Positions 57,278-64,000 of a stretch of 64,000 nucleotides of DNA are shown here, one piece after another. The first letter of the stretch is position 1. Every line of letters starts with the position of its first letter. The notes under the pieces were generated by a model that worked only from the letters and a program-made list of their open reading frames with translations, was not told where the DNA came from and did not search any database. The stretch is from contig CAZWYI010000010.1 in the NCBI GenBank assembly GCA_964638155.1, forward strand, positions 1,305 to 65,304, in the 5' to 3' direction. The DNA is from an uncultured Thermoplasmatales archaeon (GTDB taxonomy: Archaea > Thermoplasmatota > E2 > DHVEG-1). A program made the translations under genes and the position numbers.

Positions 57278-58096
57278 ATGACTACTAAAGGTGATGAGGA
57301 GTTTACTATCAATATTATTCCAAGAAATAAAGATAAAAACAAAATAAAGGATGAAGTGTTAGATGAAAACTTCAAAAGAGCTGAAAAAAAAATAAATGAT
57401 AATGGGAATGACTTAGGTAAAAAAAAGAAACAGACTTTTTTAAAAATAGGCATCATGATTTTTATAGTAGCAATTCTCTGTTTAGGTATAATAAGGTATG
57501 TACCATGGATGTATATAAATTACAGTCCAACAGAAGAGGATAGTGAAAATTTTGAAAATTTTTATTACAAAAATTTTTACCATGAAGAAAAAAATATAAA
57601 CCAAACCGTAGAAAAATTTTTTAACTCTCAAAATAGCAGTAAATTAACTGGAATAGACATTAATGATTTCACAATTGTGCCAAACCTTAGCAACTATATT
57701 TTTTATTTACTTGGTTTGATGGGTATTGTTTTTACCGCAATAGTATTAGTTGATAAGAAAAAAGATTTTTTCTCATTCAAAAATTTGACTATTTTTCATA
57801 CTCTTTTTTCAGCTATAGTAGCAATTTTATTAATATATCTAATATTTGTAAATATAAGATTTCTTGGCGCCCAAATTCTAATTTTCAAAAATATAGATTT
57901 ACTTAACGACATTTTTACTAAACTAATACTAACATTTCCTGCCTCTATTTTTTTAATAGGTATCTCATCTTTTTTCCTTAAAATCTGTCTTACAATTATA
58001 AAATCAAATTTCCAAGAGATTAACAAATTACACGATAAAAAATATATACGTAGGTATCTTGAAAAAACTAAATTACAAGGAGAAACAAGATTATGA
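57278..58096 (+). CDS. Hypothetical polytopic membrane protein
   Basis: ORF-track start 57251 is GTG. In-frame ATG at 57278 is preceded by GGAGAG and is the likelier start. Several TM helices. Confidence 0.35.
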   Translation: MTTKGDEEFTINIIPRNKDKNKIKDEVLDENFKRAEKKINDNGNDLGKKKKQTFLKIGIMIFIVAILCLGIIRYVPWMYINYSPTEEDSENFENFYYKNFYHEEKNINQTVEKFFNSQNSSKLTGIDINDFTIVPNLSNYIFYLLGLMGIVFTAIVLVDKKKDFFSFKNLTIFHTLFSAIVAILLIYLIFVNIRFLGAQILIFKNIDLLNDIFTKLILTFPASIFLIGISSFFLKICLTIIKSNFQEINKLHDKKYIRRYLEKTKLQGETRL

Positions 58097-59289
58097 AAAA
58101 ATCTTACTCTGAAATAATAAAAAATTTATGCATATTATTACTTCTCCTTAGTATTACTATTTTGATGTTGAACTCTATTTTACCAGTGGTAAAAATAGAT
58201 AATTACAATGGAGGCAAATCACTTTTTTTAAACATTGCAAACATGCAAGAAAATGATAATCTAGAAGTTCAAGATACTTACAATATACTTGAAAAAAATA
58301 ATATGTTACTTTGGATTGTTATAATATTGTTAATGCTGAATTTACTGGCATTGATAATTGAGCAGTCAGAAATCTCTTTTTTATTTTCAAAATTTTTATT
58401 AGGATTAGGATTGCCTATTTTTGTCATATCTTGTTTAATTGGGTATAATTACTATCTTATTAACATGGAAATTATTAACATAAATTCCCTTAGTTTTACA
58501 AATATAATTTTTCCGATAAAATGCATGTATATAATTTGGATTTTCTTATTTGCATTGTTATTGATTTCATTTTTACATTTCTTCAATTTGTTAAAAAGCC
58601 TATTTAAAGAAATGAAAAAATACACAGATTTTAGAAAAGAGAAAAAAAGGCATATCAAAAAATCTAAAAAAGAAAGTGAGTCAAAAGATAAAGAAGGAAA
58701 GGTTTTATTTGAAGAAAAACAAGAAGAAAATATAAACACAAAAAAAGAGAAAATAGAAAATTGGCTAAGAGAAGAAGCTAAAACAGTTGCCAGTAAAGAT
58801 AAACAAAAACTAGAAAATGAAAAAGGAAAAATGGAACTTAATTTTGAGGAAAATAAAAGTCAAACAAAACCAGAAAAACTAGACGTTGAAATTGAAAAAG
58901 ATGAAAAAAGTTCTGAGACAGATGAGATACGGGAAGATAAAAAGGTAGAATATATAAAAAAATCTTCAACTAATGTCTTTAAAGAAGATAAAAATAAAAC
59001 AAAATCAGATAGTTTAGAAAAACTAAACACTGATAAATCATTGGAAGAGGCGTTAAATAACGCTATAAAAAAGAAAAAAGGAAAGGGAAAATCTGATTCT
59101 ATAGATAAAGAAAATAAACAATTGAAAGAAGTAGAAGAAAAAAAAGATAAAGCAAAAACAGAAGAAGAAATAGATAAATATGACGTTAAATGCCCTAAAT
59201 GCAACCATGTTTTTTCAATAGATAAAAAAGAAGGAATTAATAAAATCAAATGCCCAAAATGCGGTAAAGAAGGTATTGTAAAGCTTTAA
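58093..59289 (+). CDS. Membrane protein with KE-rich cytoplasmic region and C-terminal C4 zinc ribbon
   Basis: 4 N-terminal TM helices. CPKCNHVFSIDKKEGINKIKCPKCGKEG at the C-terminus. 4-nt overlap with the upstream gene. Confidence 0.4.
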   Translation: MKKSYSEIIKNLCILLLLLSITILMLNSILPVVKIDNYNGGKSLFLNIANMQENDNLEVQDTYNILEKNNMLLWIVIILLMLNLLALIIEQSEISFLFSKFLLGLGLPIFVISCLIGYNYYLINMEIININSLSFTNIIFPIKCMYIIWIFLFALLLISFLHFFNLLKSLFKEMKKYTDFRKEKKRHIKKSKKESESKDKEGKVLFEEKQEENINTKKEKIENWLREEAKTVASKDKQKLENEKGKMELNFEENKSQTKPEKLDVEIEKDEKSSETDEIREDKKVEYIKKSSTNVFKEDKNKTKSDSLEKLNTDKSLEEALNNAIKKKKGKGKSDSIDKENKQLKEVEEKKDKAKTEEEIDKYDVKCPKCNHVFSIDKKEGINKIKCPKCGKEGIVKL

Positions 59290-59296
59290 AATTTTT

Positions 59297-60502
59297 TTAC
59301 TTATCAGATATTATTCTTACTACGTCTCCATCTTTTAGTTTATGATCAGAACCAATTGTTCTTTGTGTTTTTGCATCTATTGCTCTGATAAAATTATCAC
59401 CTAGATCAGTGTGCACTTTGTATGCTAAATCCTTAGCTGTAGTTCCTCTTTTCATAAAATAAGCATCAGGTAATATTCTTCCTTCTTTATCTGTTAAATG
59501 GGTTTCATCTTCAACAGGATATACTACAATCAAATCAAGCATTTCTACAGCTTTTTCTATACATTTTTGTATGCCTGTAGAGCCGTATTTTTCTAAAACA
59601 TTTTGTTTTATAAAATCAAGAGCTTTTATTTGTTTTTCATTCAAATTTGCATTATCTAGTAATTTAAAGTCGCTATCACCCGGTTTGTATTCTATTAAAT
59701 TTTTATTTGCAGCATTTGATAATGCAAGCTCTGACTCGGCACTTGTTGGAACAACTATGTATCCTCTTTTTTGTATCTCATTTATTTTTGATTTAATAGT
59801 ATCTTGTGCGTTATCAATTTTGTTGAAAGCTATAATCATTGGTTTACTTAGTTTTCTTAGGTCATCTGAAAAATCCATAAGCTCTTTTTCTGTCCATTCA
59901 TTTGGCCTATCTTTTTTTAATTTTAAATCACGGATTGCTTTATTTATATGATCCTCAGTTATACCAAGACCTGTTAACTGCTCTGCAAGCATTTTATCTA
60001 TTTTTCTATTTTCTAGTTTGCACTTTCTTGAAATAGTGCCCCAGTTTTTTTTTAGGATTCCTAAAAGCCAATACGTTATTTCCTTTTCCAAAAAAACTAC
60101 ATCTTTTACAGGATCATAATCCTTATTTTTACATACATTTCCTTCTTCATCTGTACAACCTGAAGAATCTACTATATGTATAAGTGCATCTGCTCTTCTT
60201 AAATCATCTAAAAATTTATTTCCAAGACCTCTTCCTTTAAATGCGTCTGGTACAAGCCCTGCTACATCTATTGCTTCAATTGGTACAAAGCGAGTGCCAT
60301 CTATACATTTTGAATTATGTGGCGTGCATGTTACATTGAACTGTTTACATGGGCAAGGTTTTCCTACATACATAACCCCCATATTTGCATCAATTGTTGT
60401 AAAAGGATAATTAGCTATTTCAGCATGAGCATCTGTTGCAGCGTTAAAAAATGTAGATTTGCCTACATTTGGTTTTCCAACTATCCCTATTTGCATGCTC
60501 AT
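59297..60502 (-). CDS. ychF: Obg-like ATPase/GTPase of the YchF/OLA1 family with C-terminal TGS domain
   Basis: G1 IGIVGKPNVGKSTFFNA, ANYPFTTIDANMGVMYV, C-terminal TGS-like KDGDVVRI. 401 aa. Confidence 0.85.
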   Translation of the reverse strand: MSMQIGIVGKPNVGKSTFFNAATDAHAEIANYPFTTIDANMGVMYVGKPCPCKQFNVTCTPHNSKCIDGTRFVPIEAIDVAGLVPDAFKGRGLGNKFLDDLRRADALIHIVDSSGCTDEEGNVCKNKDYDPVKDVVFLEKEITYWLLGILKKNWGTISRKCKLENRKIDKMLAEQLTGLGITEDHINKAIRDLKLKKDRPNEWTEKELMDFSDDLRKLSKPMIIAFNKIDNAQDTIKSKINEIQKRGYIVVPTSAESELALSNAANKNLIEYKPGDSDFKLLDNANLNEKQIKALDFIKQNVLEKYGSTGIQKCIEKAVEMLDLIVVYPVEDETHLTDKEGRILPDAYFMKRGTTAKDLAYKVHTDLGDNFIRAIDAKTQRTIGSDHKLKDGDVVRIISDK

Positions 60503-60508
60503 ATTTAT

Positions 60509-61438
60509 TTACTCCAACATATCTTTTACTTCATCTACTATATCAGTATCATTTTCAAATCTTTTTATTTTTTTATCAGATGATGATTTTTTTTCTGTTG
60601 TAAAGGATATTCCTTTTTTTGCAAATAGTTCTCCACCTACATTTGCTTTTTTTGAAAGATAAATTTTTTCTCCTGATATATTTCCTGTAATATTTGATTC
60701 ATCCTCAATTTTTACGTCTTTTTCAGATTCGACGTTTCCCTCTATCTTTGTTTTTTTCCCACAGAATATGTCACCCGTCGCTCTTAATGTTCCTTTCATC
60801 TGTGAATTGTTATCAACAAAAACATTTCCTTTTACATCATAGTTTCCTAGTATTATTGATTTTTTTCCTGCTCTTAAATTAAAATCTACTTTTGATTTTT
60901 GGATTCCGATTATTGAATTGTTTGGTATGAAGAAAAATGTCTCTGATATTGGTATTGTATCGCCATTGTTTTCTTCTATTTCATCAAGTATTCTTTCTAT
61001 TTCTTCACTATGCCCCATTTTTAACAATTGTGAAAGATATATAAAAATATATATGACCATTGGTATAGGGCTTCTAATATTTATCCATCCTTTTGCTTCA
61101 AATCCCTCCTTTATTTCAACACTGTCGCCGACATCTAAATCTCCATTAAGAGAAAGTTTTCCTTTCACCTTTACTTTTTCACCAAGATAAACATTACCGC
61201 CACTTTTAACATTACCACCTATATTTGAAAAAATATCTACACGAACATCATTTGTTGCATCTAACTCACCATCAATTATTGCATGTTCACCGACAAAAAT
61301 CCGCCCATTAGTCTTAATTCCAAATCTAATTAAACATCTATCACCAATTACTACGTCACCATTTGTAACAATCATTTTTTCTTCGAATTTTGTTTTATCA
61401 GGAATTACCAAAGTTTTTCTGTCAAAAGTCATTAACAA
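60509..61438 (-). CDS. Bactofilin-like (polymer-forming cytoskeletal, CcmA/DUF583-type) protein with two beta-helical repeat blocks split by a hydrophobic segment
   Basis: Repetitive G-x-hydrophobic pattern (IFVGEHAIIDGELDATNDVRVDIFSNIGGNVKSGGNVYLGEKVKVKGKLSLNGDLDVGD), repeated in the C-terminal half. Central IPMVIYIFIYL hydrophobic stretch. Confidence 0.5.
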   Translation of the reverse strand: MLMTFDRKTLVIPDKTKFEEKMIVTNGDVVIGDRCLIRFGIKTNGRIFVGEHAIIDGELDATNDVRVDIFSNIGGNVKSGGNVYLGEKVKVKGKLSLNGDLDVGDSVEIKEGFEAKGWINIRSPIPMVIYIFIYLSQLLKMGHSEEIERILDEIEENNGDTIPISETFFFIPNNSIIGIQKSKVDFNLRAGKKSIILGNYDVKGNVFVDNNSQMKGTLRATGDIFCGKKTKIEGNVESEKDVKIEDESNITGNISGEKIYLSKKANVGGELFAKKGISFTTEKKSSSDKKIKRFENDTDIVDEVKDMLE

Positions 61439-61508
61439 AAAGGTATAAAATTACTTATTATAAAACCAACGATTAAGAATTAAAAAATAAAAATTAGAAA
61501 ATGGTTAT

Positions 61509-61973
61509 TTACTCAGTTAACCATTCTTCATCGACACGGTTGTAATCCGTTATCTCTTCAGGTTTAAACCATAAATTTATTTCAAATTCTGCAGTATCTT
61601 CACCATCTGATCCATGAACTATATTACGGCCAATAAACTGTCCATAATCACCACGGATACTTCCAGGTGTTGCTTCTGCCGGATTAGTCTTACCCATCAT
61701 TTTACGTACTATTTCAATTGCATTAAAACCTTCAAGAACCATTGCAACAACTGGAGAAGATGTAATATATTTAACAGTTGGCTCAAAAAATGGTTTACCC
61801 TTATGAACACCATAGTGTTTTTCAGCAAGATCTTTATCTACAGATACCATTTTCATAGCAACAACTTTAATCCCTTTTTTTTCAAAACGATTAATTATTT
61901 CACCTATAAGACCACGCTGGACTGCATCTGGTTTAATCATTACAAATGTTCTTTGTTTTTCCATAAATTTCAC
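61509..61973 (-). CDS. ndk: Nucleoside diphosphate kinase
   Basis: RTFVMIKPDAVQRGLIGEIINRFEKKG and NIVHGSD (active-site His) motifs. 154 aa. Confidence 0.9.
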   Translation of the reverse strand: MKFMEKQRTFVMIKPDAVQRGLIGEIINRFEKKGIKVVAMKMVSVDKDLAEKHYGVHKGKPFFEPTVKYITSSPVVAMVLEGFNAIEIVRKMMGKTNPAEATPGSIRGDYGQFIGRNIVHGSDGEDTAEFEINLWFKPEEITDYNRVDEEWLTE

Positions 61974-62020
61974 CTGAATAATTGATACGTGGATATATCA
62001 AATATATTTAGATTTAACGG

Positions 62021-62770
62021 CTAAACAAGATGTCTAGCAAACATATACAAACCAAAACTAATTACATTGAAAAAAATATGAGCAAAGATAGAAGCATAAA
62101 GATTCTTAGTTTTTAAAACAATAAATGCAAATATTAAACCAATTATAATAGGGAATACAGCAGGATATAACTTACCATAACCTAGATGAGCAATTCCAAA
62201 TAATATAGATGTAGAAATAATGGCAATATATTTACCTGCAAACACTTCAACTTTTTCTAAAAGAAAACCTCTAAAGAAAATTTCCTCAGCCACAGGTTGG
62301 ATTGCAATTAACAAAAATAAACTAACTGGAGAAAAGAGACCTTCTAAATCCTGAATATTTCCAAGTTCATCTGGATTAAAACCAAGTACTATTAAGATAA
62401 GTTCAACAATAAAAAATATTCCAAAAATTATTATTATTGACAAAACAGCCCATAGAAAAGCGATATCTATATTTTCTAGAGTTAATCGCATCTTTTTTAA
62501 AGATTGTTTAAAAGATAGGTTATTTACAAACATATACCAAAATATTGGTATTAATATTAGAGCTATAATAACAATAGCAAACTGAAATAATAGGAAAAAT
62601 ATTTCTAAGAAAATCCCACCTTGAGATATTATATTTCCAGTCTGTTCTAATTGATCAGAAGCATCAAAAGTAAAAAATGTCACAATAGGAAATATGACAA
62701 TAAAAAGAATTGTCAAGCCCATTAAGAATAATGCTAATAAGTGCAGTGGTTCATTTAGCCTAAAATCCAT
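62021..62770 (-). CDS. CPBP-family (CAAX/Abi) intramembrane metalloprotease
   Basis: EEIFFRGFL motif 1 and FGIAHL motif 2 of the CPBP family. Polytopic. 249 aa. Confidence 0.8.
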   Translation of the reverse strand: MDFRLNEPLHLLALFLMGLTILFIVIFPIVTFFTFDASDQLEQTGNIISQGGIFLEIFFLLFQFAIVIIALILIPIFWYMFVNNLSFKQSLKKMRLTLENIDIAFLWAVLSIIIIFGIFFIVELILIVLGFNPDELGNIQDLEGLFSPVSLFLLIAIQPVAEEIFFRGFLLEKVEVFAGKYIAIISTSILFGIAHLGYGKLYPAVFPIIIGLIFAFIVLKTKNLYASIFAHIFFNVISFGLYMFARHLV

Positions 62771-62884
62771 AAAAAATGGTATTTACTAATATTTGATAAA
62801 AGTTTGTAAATTCACCAGCTAATTTAATGGTTCAAACGCAAATAAAGTTAAATATTGCTTTGCAATTCCCAAAACAAAACATAG

Positions 62885-62959
62885 GGGCCCGTGGGGTAGC
62901 TTGGCCCATCCTCGTGGCTTTGGGAGCCATGAACCCCGATTCAAATTCGGGCGGGCCCA
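62885..62959 (+). tRNA. tRNA-Pro (anticodon UGG)
   Basis: Hand-folded. Acceptor GGGCCCG/CGGGCCC. Anticodon arm GUGGC-UUUGGGA-GCCAU (U33, G37). T arm CCCGA-UUCAAAU-UCGGG. Discriminator A. Confidence 0.85.
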
Positions 62960-62993
62960 TATTCATTCTATCTATAGGTTTTGTCAAGGTGTT

Positions 62994-63887
62994 TTAGAAT
63001 TCAAAATCTTTTTTACCACCTTCTTGGTATAAAACATTGCCTAGTTTTGTTTGTCTTATTGCTTGTCTGATATCGTATTCTACGGCATGCAAGTATCTTG
63101 ATGTTGTTTTGATGTTGGAGTGTCCTAGTATTACTTGTACGATTTTTACATGAATTCCATGTTTTAGAAGATTAGTTGCATAGAAATGTCTAAAACTATG
63201 TGGATGAACCCAACCTACACCTGCTTTTCGAGCAGCTTTCTTGATATCTTTTCTTGCTTGTGCTGTTGTTAGTTTTCCTGTTTTTTGTGTGAAAAAATAT
63301 GATTTATGGGTTTTGTATCTATGATATTTGACATAGTTGAGTAGGCTTGGATGTTGTTTTCCATGTAAAATGAAAGATTTTACTGGTATTATTCTTGTTT
63401 TATTTCCTTTACCTGTTACGATTAATTCATTTTTATTCCCGTCAATATTGTCTAGTTTAAGACTGCATAGTTCTCCTATTCTCATTCCTGTGTTTGCTAG
63501 AAGATAAATTACAGACTTGGTTCTTTTTCCTTTTCTACTTCTATTACAGCATTTTAGCATTTGATTAATATCTTTTGCAGTTGGAATTTTTATTGGCTTT
63601 TCATATTCTTTGTATGATTTGAATTCATGATCGATTTCTCTGAATTTACACCAGTTGTTTAATGCTTTAATATAGTGGTTTAGTTGGTATCCTTGAGTGC
63701 CATTTCCTATTCTTTCTGCGAAGTAATCATATGCTTGTTCTGGGTTGAAATTTAATAGATCTATTCCTTGTTTTTCTAGATGTTTTAGTTTTCTTAATCT
63801 ATCTTTTATTGTTGTTTTTGGATTGTATTGAAGTCTTGTCAACATGAACCTTTCTAACTTTGTCCATGTATCATTTTCTACTGTCAT
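62994..63887 (-). CDS. int: Tyrosine-type site-specific recombinase/integrase (XerC/D-like fold)
   Basis: R...HxxR...Y catalytic pattern: HPHSFRHFYATNLL and LGHSNIKTTSRYLH. Stop 35 bp from the 3' end of tRNA-Pro. Confidence 0.85.
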   Translation of the reverse strand: MTVENDTWTKLERFMLTRLQYNPKTTIKDRLRKLKHLEKQGIDLLNFNPEQAYDYFAERIGNGTQGYQLNHYIKALNNWCKFREIDHEFKSYKEYEKPIKIPTAKDINQMLKCCNRSRKGKRTKSVIYLLANTGMRIGELCSLKLDNIDGNKNELIVTGKGNKTRIIPVKSFILHGKQHPSLLNYVKYHRYKTHKSYFFTQKTGKLTTAQARKDIKKAARKAGVGWVHPHSFRHFYATNLLKHGIHVKIVQVILGHSNIKTTSRYLHAVEYDIRQAIRQTKLGNVLYQEGGKKDFEF

Positions 63888-64000
63888 TTGCCTCCCTTAA
63901 AAACTTTACAAATCCTTACAGATTTTGTATGTTTTATGGGTTTAAATACCTTACGGATATGTACAAAAATGTAAAGAATAAATATTTAAGGAAGTGAACA

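Larger units (their letters stand above)
62885..64000. mobile_element. Left end of a probable tRNA-Pro-integrated element (integrase proximal), continuing beyond the window
   Basis: tRNA 3' end immediately followed by an inward-facing integrase gene. Integrase-region GC (~36%) slightly above the window background. Confidence 0.45.

Overview
This is an AT-rich (roughly 28-30% GC), gene-dense archaeal chromosomal segment. The archaeal call rests on RadA, Orc1/Cdc6, primase PriS, a GINS-like subunit, ribosomal proteins L44e and S27e, aIF2-alpha, Nop10, a PAC2 proteasome-assembly chaperone, a THUMP tRNA methyltransferase, RNase Z, and one PGF-CTERM sorting signal. It is probably a small-genome euryarchaeal or DPANN-like lineage, with Lys/Asn/Ile-rich proteins and short intergenic regions. 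There are about 65 protein genes, tRNA-Val(UAC) on the minus strand and tRNA-Pro(UGG) on the plus strand. No rRNA and no CRISPR array are present. Findings, in my order of interest: (1) 28.3-33.4 kb thiol-redox island pairing a cytoplasmic thioredoxin, a NapH/MauN-type FeS membrane protein and several exported thioredoxin-fold/CxxC proteins, with no CcdA/DsbD visible; (2) 3.5-6.2 kb tightly coupled MtrA-like/MtrH-like/core-MetE-like/DUF4346 operon, a candidate corrinoid-dependent methionine synthase outside methanogenesis; (3) 35.5-47.8 kb locus of three consecutive giant exported proteins (19% of the window), two sharing a C-terminal anchor module and one holding ~1 kb in-frame super-repeats; (4) tRNA-Val with a 22-nt direct repeat of its 5' half 131 bp away, next to an AbiEi/AbiEii type IV toxin-antitoxin pair; (5) tRNA-Pro directly followed by a tyrosine integrase at the right window edge, the likely start of an integrated element; (6) a ~390-bp GC-enriched (~45%) single-gene wHTH regulator island; (7) a replication island (Orc1/Cdc6, PriS, GINS-like, EndoIII-like) with a possible origin nearby. 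CDS coordinates follow the supplied ORF track, which also uses GTG/TTG starts, so true starts may differ by a few codons. Two real genes under 60 aa (S27e, Nop10) are missing from the track and were found by reading the sequence.
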